Assembly: GCF_006345805.1 (NCBI RefSeq)
Contig: NC_043006.1
Span: 87,668,001 to 87,732,000 of the forward strand
Direction of reading: 5' to 3'
DNA: 64,000 bases
Source of the DNA: Octopus sinensis
Taxonomy: Eukaryota
The notes under the pieces are model-generated. The model made no database searches. It was not told the origin of the DNA and worked only from the letters and a program-made list of their open reading frames with translations. Below are positions 13,440-26,548 of the stretch, piece by piece. The translations under genes and the position numbers were made by a program. Positions within the stretch are counted from its first letter, which is position 1, and every line of letters starts with the position of its first letter.

Positions 13440-13482
13440 AACATACATACATACATATATATATCATACATACATACATACA

Positions 13483-13514
<32 letters not shown>

Positions 13515-13877
13515 AAAGGGCGCATACCTATATATATTTTCTGGCAGAACCATCTTTGATGGATTACAGGTTGTTTCCCACACAAAAAGATCAGCCACTG
13601 TAGCTGTCTTGGAGTAGTATAACCATATTGCTGCATTTAAATCAGAAGTTGTTAGATAATACTTTAGAACAGCAATTTCCAACCATTTCATTCCTATTTT
13701 ACTTGGGTGGATCTTCATAGTCATTAAGTGTTTAAAAAATCCTACTTTATTTTTATCATTAGGAAAAATGCTTAAACCCTTTGGCATTCAGATTATTCTG
13801 TTAAATGTAATGTTTATTCATTCATATTGTTTTGAATTAACCATGAATTATCTTGTAGCTTTGAGATTTTGATGATT

Positions 13878-14152
13878 GGCTGGCTTCCGTGCCGCTGGCA
13901 CATTAAAAGCTCCAACCGATCGTGACCGATGCCGGACCCCGCCCCTGGCACCTGTGCAGGTGGCACGTAAAAAGCACCCACTACACTCGCAGAGTGGTTG
14001 GCGTTAGGAAGGGCATCCAGCCGTAGAAACTCTGCCAGATCAGACTGGAGCCTGGAGCAGCCCCTGGCTTCCCAGACCCCGGTCGAACTGTCCAACCCAT
14101 GCTAGCGCGGAAAACGGACGTTAAACGATGATGATGATGATGATGATGATGA
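13878..14152 (+). mobile_element. RTE-type 3' UTR/tail copy
   Basis: GGTGGCACGTAAAAAGCACC repeats plus GGACGTTAAACG(ATG)n tail, matching 2340-2738. Confidence 0.8.
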
Positions 14153-14212
14153 TATCATGTTTATATATTTGTTTTGCAAGATTCTTGATGTGAAATCGTG
14201 TGTTGAAACAGA

Positions 14213-14360
14213 TGTTGTATTTAGGAACGGTCATTTTGCCAGTTTAGTCAATAAAGATTAAGATTAATGTAAAAAATAAATAAAGCTGGAACAAATTAAC
14301 ACCAAATATATAGTGCGTGTGTTTTTATTGGCTAAATTGGCAAAATGACCATTCCTAAAT

Positions 14361-14366
<6 letters not shown>
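14213..14366. repeat. Small fold-back (43-bp arms, ~68-bp spacer)
   Basis: 14213-14255 is the reverse complement of 14324-14366 with about 4 mismatches. Confidence 0.75.
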
Positions 14367-14403
<37 letters not shown>

Positions 14404-14464
14404 ACATACAAATACTTACATATAAGCACGTATACACACATATATATATGCAAGTATGCACACA

Positions 14465-14778
14465 ACAGCATGTAAAAAGCACCATTTGAGCATGACCGAT
14501 GCCAGTGTCACCTGACTGGCACTCATGCTGGAGGCACATAATAAGCTCCATTCGAGCGTGGTTGATGCCAGTACCACCTGACTGGCTCCCATGCTGGTGA
14601 CACTTAAAAAGCACTCACTACACTCTCAGAGAGATGGGCATTAGGAAGGGCGTCCAGCTGTAAAAACCTTGTCAAATCAGACTGGAGCCTGGTGCAGCTT
14701 CCAAGCTTGCCAGTCAAACCATCCAACCCATGCCAGCATGGAAAACGGACGTTAAACGACAACAATGATGATGATGAC
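14465..14778 (+). mobile_element. RTE-type 3' UTR/tail copy
   Basis: Same internal repeats and tail as above. Confidence 0.75.
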
Positions 14779-14880
14779 AATAAATATATATATAGAAATA
14801 TCGATATATAGACAGATGGATAGATAGAAATTGTATGTGTGTATATATATCTATATATATTTACTTTATTTATACATATC

Positions 14881-15080
14881 ATTATCATCGTTTAACATCC
14901 GCTTTCCATGCTAGCATGGATTGGACGATTTGACTGAGGACTGGCGAACCAGATGGCTGCACCAGGCTGCAATCTGATCTGGCAGAGTTTCTACAGCTGG
15001 ATGCCCTTCCTATCACCTACCCCTCCGAGAGTGTAGTGGGTGCTTTTACGTGCCACCGGTATGAGGGCCAGTCAGGTGGT
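14881..15080 (-). mobile_element. RTE-type 3' UTR/tail copy, inverted relative to its neighbour
   Basis: ATCATCGTTTAACATCCGCTTTCCATGCTAGCATGG is the reverse complement of the tail. Confidence 0.8.
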
Positions 15081-17898
15081 ATATAGATAAATAAATAGAT
15101 ATGTATGTGTGTGTATGTATATATATATATATATATATATATAAATATATTCGTTATGCGTGTGAGTGTGTGTGCATGTGTTTGTATGTATATATTAGTT
15201 CAAAGTTACAGGAAAACATGTGATACCAGTACATGATGGCTACAGCTAAAAAAAAAAAAAAGTTAAAACCTTTAATATTTTTATGAACCCATTTCTAAAT
15301 TCCTCAAGATTAAGTAAAACTATCTGTCAAAAGAATTCTTGCTGTTTTATTACAAGCTCTCAATATATCAATCATAAAGCCAGTTCAATATATTATATCT
15401 AACTGATCAAGAACTGATTTTATAGACATAAAAAAGAAAGATGAAAGGAAGACTAAACCAATTTCAGCAAGATTTGAATCACACAAGAAAAAAAAATCAG
15501 TTCCAATCTTGATACCAAAAATATATCAATTTGAACATTCTTCTGCATAAATTGAACAGGTTTAAGGAAATAAATTGCTAGTCATAAAACCTAACACTGT
15601 ATTTCAACCAAGTTCATTGCTAAGTCATTTTTGATTCCACAACTATTAAAGTAAATGTTATGAATAGCTTATAGTCCTTAGGGTGTTCCATTAGATGTAC
15701 TCTCCTTTTAATACATGAAGATAAATTAAAAACTTAATATTCTGGAATGAATAGTCAAAATATTGAGACACTCATACACACACACTCATACGTATAAACA
15801 TTAATGTATTAATGTTATGATTCTCCACCAAACATTGATTGACTAAGAATGGTTGATTTTGTTTAGTTTTTTATATATGTTTTATTGATTTAGTCTGGAA
15901 ATAGGGGCTGCACTCAAAATCTTCTCAGACCTCCTAACATTGATGAGATGAATGAAGTCAATGTTCCTCTCAAACATTTGCAAGTCTGCAGATACAAATT
16001 AAATATGTGTAGAGTGGGAAATCCGAGGGCCAACCTTTTGAGCAAGGAGGTTTACACAGGCACAGTGTGTGAGACCTGAGAATGTGAACATTATATGTGG
16101 GATAAGAGGAGGAGTGATGAGTAAGTTATGAGCACCCAAATCAAGGTGGCCCCAGACTAGCAAGCTCTAATGAGTAAAAGCCACAATAATAACTATAGAA
16201 GGAACTGAGAAAGAGGAAAGAATCACTATATCTGTGGCTCAGAGATTAACATGTGTTGGTGAATGCTTTTACATCAATCAGTTGACTGGCCTTTATTTTA
16301 ATGTGTCCTTGGAAAATGTCTGAGGAAGCGCAATTTCCTGTCAGAATAGCATTTCATTGTGAGTCTCATTTGATATATGTAGAGAGTTAATTGTGGCTGA
16401 AGGCTAAAATATATAATGGCTCTGAACAGAAAGGCTAGCCTTAGAGTTCTATCAACACTAAACCAGATTTCTGAACAATCACAGCAACTAATTCTTCTAT
16501 TTCTCAGTGAGAATGTATCATTTAACTTGCATACAAACACAAACAGTGCTCGCTTTGTTAGCAAAGCCACTTCTGTTGTATGCTGAATAAAACACCACAA
16601 TGAATATGTACATTGGGAAGTTCCACAATTTCTGCCAGGAAGTAATACTGTTTTTTTTTTAATTATCATTTGAACAATTCAATAAAGGAGAAAAATATTG
16701 AAAATTACAAATAGTAATAACAACAAAAGAAAACAGAAATATTCAGAACCTGGCATATCTGAGGATCCCATTCCCTGCTTTCAGATACAGAGAAACATTT
16801 TAAACTACAGGAAGTGTGATGAAAACAACAAACAAAAATGTTAACTTCCTTGTAAACATTCATATTGTACATCATTTACTTTAACATTTCATGTAGGGAT
16901 GTTTGTCTTTATCTTAAAATGTTGGTGGTGATAATATAATGTAATAAATAAATATACAAAGCACCAAACTGTAGCCTTAATCAAATTCATCAGCTCACAA
17001 GCATGCCTGCTACAGAATATTAATACAAGTAAACGTGTGAGGAAGATAGATAAAATATTTCATACAAAATCACAATGTTATGCTTCTCACTGAATACACA
17101 GACAGCCAAAATGAAAATGTAAAAATGAAATTGAATAGAAAAAAACATACAAAAACATTAAAAAATTCGGAATTTTTATGTAATTTTTTTATTATTATTT
17201 ATGAATCTCATATCAAATCCAGAGAAATATGAAATATATGTAGATATGAAAAGTAATAAAAGACAAACATATACAACACACATGCTGAAAAATTAGAATT
17301 GGAACTTTTCATAAAATGATAATATACAATTTAGAGTATTCATATGGCTACTTTAATTTCTTGCCTTTTTTTTTTTTTACAATTTCTTGTGTTTTCTCAC
17401 ACTAACATAGCTAGGAACAATGGTTTGTGATTTTATACAAATTTATGAATTTTACAAGAAAAAAAAATTGTGTAAATTTATTTATGTTTTTTTAACAAGT
17501 ATTTATTATCCCTAGAGCTAAGTATGCTACAGTAAAATCAAGTTGGGAGCCATTTTACAGTAAACATGACACAATGGTTGCAGTGAAATATCAGCTTAAT
17601 AATTTCTAATTCTGGTACCTTAAGGGATACTTCTAAATTCTTGTTTTTTTTTTTAAGTAACAAATATATTTCTGATCAAAATTTATGAAACCTTCATAGG
17701 GTAAAAAAAAATTCTATAAATAGCAGAGTTGCTGTTTATTTTCAGGCCAGTTGTGATTAAGCAGTTCACTGATCAAAGATATTCCATCCATGACCACTAT
17801 GTCTTTCATTCAGATTTAGTGCATTTGAAACTAAATTTTACAAGGTATCCTTAGCTTTTGTGACAGTGTAGAATATGATTAGAGGGCGTTCTAGCTGC

Positions 17899-17951
<53 letters not shown>

Positions 17952-17994
17952 CAGGTTACACAACCATGTAGAGACAGTTTTTCACTGAAGTAAA

Positions 17995-18360
17995 GGAAAG
18001 TATGCTATTGACCTTTTGTTGCAAATAAATGGAGTACACTCGGGTGGATTTTTGTTACAAAAAAAAAAAAAGAGAGTATAACAGAGTGGCTTTTTGTTGT
18101 AAATAGAATATACTGGAGTAATCTTCTGCTGCAAATAAAGAGTACTGTGAAGTAAGTTTCTCTCGCAGATAGAAAAAGTATATACTGTAGTAGTTTTCAA
18201 TTGCATATAAAGGCAGCACATAAGAGTGAGCCTCTACTGCAAATAGAGAGTGTACACTGAAGAGCCTTCTGTTGTAAATAAAGAGATCACACAAAAGTGG
18301 CTTTCTTTTGTAAATAAATGAGCAAACAAGAGTGGCCTTTACATGGAAATAAAGTAAAAT
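17995..18360. repeat. Degenerate minisatellite (~35-40-bp units)
   Basis: Recurring GAGTGGCTTT..TGTTG(C/T)AAATAAAGAG-like units, roughly 9-10 copies. Confidence 0.55.
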
Positions 18361-18992
18361 GTAACTTCAGCTTGGCAGTGAAGCCATATCAGATTTTATT
18401 CAACATGAGTTTACTCCTCCCCACTCCACCATTCTGGAGCAATTACCTTAATAGAGAATGAACTAATGAAGAAGAAAGCTGAGTATAATCACCCACCCTG
18501 TTAGAAATAACAGCTAAATCCCCCATCAATTCCTCACAGTCTTACAAGCCAGATATATCAGGCAATATAGCACCTTGATCTATATTGAATAAAACAGAAG
18601 ATGAGATGGTTATGGCCAGAATTCTTTTTGATGATAAATCTCTCCAATCAGTACTAACTTGGACTGACCCAAAAAGTTGGTAAAAATAAGACAGATACAA
18701 GTAATCAAATAACACTGAAGTGCTGTTAACACTGAACCAGAGTGCTAAAATTGATAGAAGTGTCAAAGGAGGTATGACTCATCACCATTAACACAGAGTG
18801 TGTGTAAATCATGTAAGTCAGTAAACTTGCCTATGTAAATGCATTAGTAGGTGTGTGCACAAGGTAATCTGCTATATGTGAATGTACTGATATGCATAAT
18901 AAATATATATATATTTTAGTATGTGACCTCGTCTGTATCACTAGCGATTTTTTTCCCCTGTCTTCCCTTCTCGGGATCTTTCCTTCTCCTAT

Positions 18993-19027
18993 GTTTCCGA
19001 CAAAGAGCTCCGCTTGAAACGTCAAAC
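18993..19027 (+). ncRNA. Decayed minimal type I hammerhead motif (PLE-type)
   Basis: GTTT-CCGACAA-A-GAGC-TCC-GCTT-GAAACGT-C-AAAC. Stems I, II and III are intact but the core deviates from CUGANGA. Confidence 0.5.
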
Positions 19028-19999
19028 CCTCCTTCTTCCCTTCTTTCCTGAGCGTCCAATAATACTTTATTTGTTCCACGTCCTTGCGTTGTTTTTTTGC
19101 TTTTGTTTTCTTGTTTGGATTAACTTTATATATATATATATATATTTGCGTGTGTGTGTAATAGCTGAACGTATTCCAAGTTCTCACAAATACCTCTTAA
19201 AATTTATCTTGACTCTGATGATCTGGTGCTTACCTCAGACTTTCTCCTAGTTTTACAAAAATGGATGAAGTTTTTCAATACTGCCAAATCTGTAGCCCAA
19301 GATTAATAGTGTACTTCAACAACTGTCCTCACAATTCCTCGTAAAACCATTTGGTTTCTCTTATTGTGTGAGTGTGTCTGTCTGTCGATCTATCTGTTAA
19401 TCTATCCAGGCAGACACACTACAGATAGATAGGTAGGTGGCTGAATATAGATATTTGTGTATATATGTATGAACGTGTGTTTTTTATGACTGTTTATATA
19501 GCATTTTTATATTTTAGTCATAAAAGAAAGGGTGGGAGAGTACAGCCAATGAACTTTATTTTTACTTCAAGCATCTGTAATGGAAATCACTGAAATCATC
19601 TGCTAGAACTTGTCGGATCTGTCATCTTGGAGATCACCATTATGTGTTCATCTTCATTAGCATTTAACATCTGACTTGTTTACTTTACTATAAGATTCAC
19701 AAGAAGATGTTCAGCATTTAAGCAAACATTTAAAGAAAATTTAAAAAGCAGAAGTACTGACCACATTTTCTGTTCCATGTAATATATAGAGCTGATCTTT
19801 AAGCCATTCCACTTGATTATAAGGGAACTTTTGTCTAAATATTTGATATTTTAGCTTGTAATATTCATTGTCATCATTATTCAGCCCAAGACAACAGTAG
19901 AAGATATTTGCTCAAGGTGCCACATTGTGAGATAGAACTCAAGACGGTGTTGTTACAACATAAACTTCATACCCATACAGCTATGTACATCTATATATA

Positions 20000-20517
20000 C
20001 CGTAAATGCTCAAGTATAGACCACCCTTGAGTATAATATGCAGGGGATTTTTAGAGGGCTGTACTTTTGAAAACCTAAACCTTGTGTATAATACGCACCC
20101 CTTCTCTAACTTGAGTCATATGTAGATTAAGCCAGCTGCACCTAGCTGAACAAACACTTCCGCGCATGCCTAATACGATAATGGTGATGTTCTTAACTGT
20201 TATATAGGAATGTAAATGTTTGCAAATTGCTTTTGTTATGTGTTATTTTGTGTTCTGAATACTTTTATTTTAATAAATGTTGCTTACTCAAGTTATGGAT
20301 GATTCTTTTATGACTTCATTGCTTTCAGGCTTAGCTTAAGATATTTTCGTGTCTGACATCACAAAATGCGTCTGAATAAATATTGCCAGACAGCAAATAG
20401 AGACTTGGACATTGCTTAGAAGATATTTTTCATTTTTAACCTCGTATATAGTATGCACTAGTGATTTTGACCTTAAAATTTTGGGGGAAAATGCTGATTA
20501 TACACGAAGATTTATGA
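20000..20517. mobile_element. Tc2/pogo-like non-autonomous DNA transposon (MITE), degenerate
   Basis: TA-CCGTAAATGCTCAAGTATA ... TATACACGAAGATTTATGA-TA imperfect TIRs with TA flanks. Confidence 0.55.
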
Positions 20518-22309
20518 TATATCTATCTATATTTATATTCACACTGCTTAAAAACTAGTACCGTTTATGTCCCATAACTTACTGGCTCAACAAACAGTAA
20601 AATATGTATCAGAACTTAAAATAAGAACTGGAATTGAAATGGCCAACTAAACACTTGGAGGTTGTTGTGTTCTAGTATGGCCATGGTCCAAATGGTCTGA
20701 ACCAGTAAGTGAATATACTAAACTTAATTTTAAGTATTTATGTATTCAATCAAATTGTCTTAACAATAATATAAATAAATCAAATATATTATGGAAGTTT
20801 TACATCATTAACCTCGTCTTTCCGGAGTCATATATTATTCCAAAGACATAAGAAAGTTACATGTACAAGGTCTTTGTGTCTCAGAATCAATGTCTGTGAG
20901 TACATCATGCCACAACCAATGCCATACCAATGAAAGCCCTTTACTGTAATGGCCTGATTCATTCTCTTTTCTTTTTCATTTTTTTTTTTGTAGATGCTTG
21001 AACTATAATAAATAGATTGTTTTTCAGTTTTGTTCCATAGTTACAGGCACAGACATAGCAATGTGGTTAAGAAGTTTGCTTCAGAACTGTTTTGATTTGG
21101 AGTTTGGTTCTGCTGCATTTGTTGGCTGTTGTCTTCTATTGCCACAGGTTGATCAATAATTTGTGAATGAAATGTGGTTGAGGGCAAATGAAAGAAGGTT
21201 GTTTTATATATGTGAGTGTGTGTGTATGTGTGTGTGTGTGAGAGAGAGAGTGAGCATGAGAGTCTGAGTGTATATTCATGCCTGACCCTTGTAAGCATAA
21301 AAGAGTAGACATTAAAACATAAGTTACAGCATTACACATACAGCCACCAACAGAATATTGACATCAATTTTGTGGGGTGGGCAAGTCAATTATATTCACC
21401 CCAGTACTCAACTGGTACTTATTTTATTGACTCTAAAAGGATGAATCACAAAGTCAACCTCAGCAGAATTTGAACTCAGAACATTAAGACAAACAAAATG
21501 TCACTAAACATTTCACCTGGCAAGCTAACAATTCTGCCAGCTTGCTGCCTCAGCCACTAACTGAATATTGATTATTGTTATTATTTTGGTGTGGAGGGGG
21601 ATAGCAGCAGCAGCAGCGGCGATATTTTATTGTTATAAGAGAAGCAGGGGTTAAGCTATGAAAATACTGAGATGATCTGATAGACATAATTTCATGCATC
21701 GTTCAGATTCCAAAGTCTGAATTTTGTCTTTCCTGAATGTGCGTGATCAGACAATTACCAGGAATATACTAACCTCAAGTTAATCAACTCTGTTTACTTC
21801 TCTGTAACAAAGAAAAAAAAAATGACAGGTTCCACAACATGATCTTTGTTCCATGACAAATACAAATATATTTAAGTGATTTATGTGGGGAGATGTTCAT
21901 AGTAGTAACATACTATATAGTAAAATGAAAAGCACTGTATGAAACAGTGTTTACTGTACTAAATAGAAAAGTCTGTAAAGATGATAGTGTCAGGTTCATT
22001 CATTTTAATCACTTCTGCTGTTATCAAAATATTCAAAATAGTAAGCTATTTTGCCCAAACCATATAATCTTAAAACAGTTGTTTTTAACCCTGGACATAG
22101 TACACCTTTGGTGATATTCAGATAGTCAAAAGAGCATTATAGATAGTACTGGATGTTTCAGAGAGTCATGGTTTTTTTAAATATTTAAACCAGATACAGT
22201 ACTAATATTTTAAATACATTTTCATCAGGATTAAAATGAGCTGGACATTGTATAATCAAGGAGCAGAAACATGACCGACAATGTACCAATGTCCTGTGTA
22301 ATTTTGTTA

Positions 22310-22905
22310 GACAAGTTGTAGGTGCAGTGTTAGAAATGCAGGTGTAGCTGTTCAGTCCTACTGTGTTGCACCTTGGGCAAGTGTCTTCTGCTATAGTCTC
22401 AAGCTGACCAAAGCCTTGTGGGTGGATTTGGTAGATGGAAGCAGAAAGAAACCTGCCATGTGTGTGTGTGTGTCTTTGTGTTTGTCCCACTACCACCACT
22501 TGACAACCAGTGTTTCTTTCTTTATTGCCCACAGGGAGCTAAACATAGAGGGGAGAAACAAGGACAGACAGAGATTTGACCCCAGTGTGTAACTGGTACT
22601 TATTTAATCGACCCCGAAAGGATGAAAGGCAAAGTCGACCTCGGCAGAATTTGAACTCAGAACGTAATGGCAGACTAAATACCGCTAAGTATTTCTCCCG
22701 GCATGCTAACAATTCTGCCAGCTTGCCACCTTGACAACCAGTGTTGATGTGTTTGTATCCCCATGACTCAGTAGCTCAGCAAAATAGACCAATAAAATAA
22801 GTACCAGGCTTATAAAAAAAATAAGTCCTGGGGTGAATTCATTCAACTAAAGAATCCTTCATGGCAGTGCTCCAGCATGGTCACAATCTAATGACTGAAA
22901 CAAAT
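22310..22905 (+). mobile_element. Family A SINE interrupted by a family B SINE (22515-22729, minus) with 16-bp TSD
   Basis: CTTGACAACCAGTGTT occurs at 22499-22514 and 22730-22745, on both sides of the inserted element. Confidence 0.8.
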
Positions 22906-23091
22906 AAAATATAGAGATAAAGGGCTGGTTGTATCGTGGAGAAGTTCACTTCCCAGCCATGTAGTTTGAGGTTCAACCCTGCCACATGGCTCTTTGGGAA
23001 AGCACCTTTTGCTTTAACACTGGGCTGATTAAAGCTTTGAGTGGATTTGGAAGGTAAAACCTGAAAGAAGGTCATCATGTATAAGCGTGTG

Positions 23092-23130
<39 letters not shown>

Positions 23131-24619
23131 CTACATGTGTACTTATTTACATTTGGAATCACATGTAAGAAAGTGTGGAAGGTGGTGGTGTGTTAGTTTT
23201 TCTTGTCATCAAATTGGACACTTACTTCATGCTTTCAAGCCATTTGGGATAAGAAATCCCTTTCATGAAAAATAGTTAACATTAGCATTAAGAAAAGCAT
23301 CTGACAGTAAAACATTGGTTCAAATAATTTATTTGTCCAACCCATGCAAGCATGGAAAGCAGACACAAAACAAATAAATGGACAAAGTTTTCACTTTCTT
23401 TACTAATTCCAGAAAAATTTTAAATAGCAGGCACTAATCCCTGCATATATCTGAAAAGTGGTGCATGCTGGAAGAGACAGTCTAAAAGATATGAATAATA
23501 AATAATTGTAAAATTAGTTTCTGATTGATTAAAGTAATATGTTGTGTTCAGTTATTTTTTCCTTCAAAATATTGCAATAAATACAGTGATGAAACATCAT
23601 TCATTGAAGAGGTGCTAAGCTCCAGAAGCTTGAACATCAGTGTCTTAAACTCTGCCCATTGTACATTATTAGTGAAATGAATAGAAATTAAAATAGCTGC
23701 ATAATTCAGAAGATAAAATATATCTGCTCAGCCTCAAAACTAGTATTAATGTTTTAATTATCAAGACCAAATAGAATTGCCCAACAAGTCAACAAAGAAG
23801 CTTGTGTGTGTTTTCATGAGCTGCCAGAAATAGCAGTCAAAACTTCACTCACATCTTGCAGTCTTAAAAAAGAAAACACTGAATAACATACACAGTTCTG
23901 AGAGCAAAGATGGACAGCCACACTTATAATGCATGTAAACATTGGACTATTTGATCAGCAATAACAGAGGTCTGGACAATAGCTACAATTGCCAGAGAGC
24001 TACAGAGGTGTCGTAAAAATAGAAGCCCTTAACAAGTTATTATTTTATCATATAGCCAAGACAAAAGATAGTGCCCATGATAACAGATGATGCCTATAAG
24101 GCCTCCAAGATTGATTAAAATGGGGAAGAAAGATTTCCTCTAACTAGAGGCCTGGCTTAAATGCTTGCAACATAGCAGACTTCAACAAAGGCACCTAAAA
24201 TGCATTATGAAGGAGTTAAACTAGGTGAGGTGACTGATTAACTCTACCACTTAAAGAGGCAATAACAAAATTTGAACTCAAACGAAATAAGTCGGAACAA
24301 ATGTTGCAGTGTTTTTACAGTCCTGCCAGTCACCTGTCTAGACTGTTACTTATTTAAATAGGTCTCAAAAGCTTCATAATTAAAGGTAACTTAATGACCT
24401 AAATGATTCAGGATTGCTCTGTGTTCTATTGTCTACTTTGATATGGTTTCCATGGCTGAATGCCCTTCCACACATGAACCACTTTAGTTTTTGTAGCACT
24501 AGCACTAGTGACGCTGTCTTACAACTTGCAAGACTAAAGATCTAAAGTGACCACTATATCTGAAGGGAAACAGAAGAGAGAGGGTGTGCTGAACAAGACT
24601 AAAGCAAGATAAGAGAAAA

Positions 24620-25017
24620 CAGGAGTGGCTGTGTGGTAAGTAGCTTGCTTACCAGCCACATGGTTCCGGGTTCAGTCCCACTGTGTGGCACCTTGGGCAA
24701 GTGTTTTCTACTATAGCCTCAGGCCAACCAAAGCATTGTGAGTGAATTTGGTAGACAGAAAACTGAAAGAAGCCTGTCATATATATCTATGTATATGTGT
24801 GTGTGTTTGTGTGTCTGTGTTTGTCCCCCCAACATCGCTTGACAACTGATGCTGGTGTATTTACGTCCCCGTAACTTAGCAGTTCGGCAAAAGAGACCGA
24901 TAGAATAAGTACTAGGCTCACAAAGAATAAGTCCTGGGGGTCGATTTCCTCGAGTAAAGACGGTGCTCCAGCATGGCTGCAGTCAAATGACTGAAACAAG
25001 TAAAAGAGTAAAAGAGT
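24620..25017 (+). mobile_element. Family A SINE, full length
   Basis: Near-identical to 57483-57897. Confidence 0.85.
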
Positions 25018-25019
25018 TG

Positions 25020-25680
25020 TGAGGGGGTAGTATTGGAGAGAGTAACAGAGTAGACTCTACTGGGGAAGGAAATAAGGTAGGGAATAGGAAAAAGGAAAGG
25101 AAATAGTATTATGGGTTAGTAAAAACAAGAGTAGGACAGAGTGGAAAGATAAGGTGGTTTGTGTAGGGGATCCAGGACAATTTAAAGGTGAATGCAGACA
25201 AAAAGTATAAGAGAAATAAGAGAGAGAAAGGGAGAAACAGAAAAGGATAGTAAGAAATAAAAAGGTCATTGAAAGAAAGATGCATAAGTTGTAAGGGTAA
25301 GTCAGAGAAGTGCTGAAGTGGAAAAGCTGTGGAGAGAGGACAGCGAGAGAAAATGAAATAGAGGGAGGAAGAGCAGGAGTAGTAGTTGCAGAGTACCAAG
25401 AGGTAGCAATGAAATGCAGAGTGTGAATGTAGAGAAAGCATCCCAGGAGAGGAGACTGTGTATGGAGAACAGTTAGAGTGGGAGTAGTGGATGAATGCAA
25501 TGGGAGTGGTGAGAGAAAGAAAAGCTGGTGGGTATTAAAATGTAAGAATGGTTAGTGAGGGAAAGGCAACAGTAGGAGTTGAGTGACAATAGAGGCGACA
25601 TATGAGAGAGTGTCTGCTGGTCAGTAATACAGAAAGATGTGTATAACAGGATAAAGCTAGACTGTATTTTTAGATGGTGG
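25020..25680 (-). mobile_element. Possible PLE 3' region remnant
   Basis: Minus strand begins CACCATCTAAAAATACAG, similar to the end of the GIY-YIG remnant (9345-9372), followed by a pyrimidine-rich tract like 8575-9000. Confidence 0.25.
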
Positions 25681-25729
25681 TGGAGGTGGTGGTGGTGGTG
25701 GAGGGGTGAGAGTGATCAAATGCAGCCTT

Positions 25730-25760
<31 letters not shown>

Positions 25761-25994
25761 ACTCCAAAAAGTTAGGGGTTGTGAAACCAACCCACTAAGG
25801 GATAATATCTATCCAAAATACGGCTGGTAGAATGCCCAATTATTAATATACAAGTGTTTTTTATTGCCTTACAATTTACATTACCTAGTGTACTAAATGG
25901 GTGAAGACAAAGAGATATTTTACCAGTCCAAAATTTGCTGAAACACCCATTGTTCTCCTCCATTTTCTTATTTGCGATATATATATATATGACC

Positions 25995-26511
25995 ATAACC
26001 CGTGGCCTCTACCTGAGACGTAGCCAGCCCACTTATGCATACCTTTCCTTCTTGTGACACAAACCCTACTTGTGAAGACCTGTTGAGGCAAGTGAAAATC
26101 AAAAATCAAAATCAAAATCGATCAACATCAATGGAAATTGTAGCTATGATACCATCCGAATGTGGCCGTTGCCAGTGCTGCCCCGACTGGCCTCCGTGCT
26201 GGTGGCACGTAAAAAGCACTATCCGATTGTGGCCGTTGGCAGCCTTGCCTGGCCCCCGTGCCGGTGGCATGTAAAAAGCACCATCTGATTGTGGCTGTTT
26301 GCCAGCCTTGTCTGGCACCTGTGTAGGTGGCACGTAAAAAGCACCCACTACACTCGCGGAGCGGTTGGGGTTAGGAAGGGCATCCAGCTGTAGAAACACT
26401 GCCAGATCAGACTGGGCCTGGCGCAGCCTTCTGGCTTCCCAGACCCCAGTTGAACTGTCCAACCCATGCTAGCATGGAAAGCGGACGTTAAACGATAATG
26501 ATGATGACGAT

Positions 26512-26515
<4 letters not shown>
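25995..26515 (+). mobile_element. RTE-type 3' UTR/tail copy
   Basis: GAAGACCTGTTGAGGCAAGTG...ATCAATGGAAA, tandem units and tail as at 2285-2738. Confidence 0.8.

Positions 26516-26545
<30 letters not shown>

Positions 26546-26548
<3 letters not shown>

Noticed and set aside
21772-21812. 28-nt minus-strand micro-exon with strong acceptor and GTTAGT donor
   Set aside because: Stops occur in all three frames. It could be UTR or terminal, but cannot be supported.
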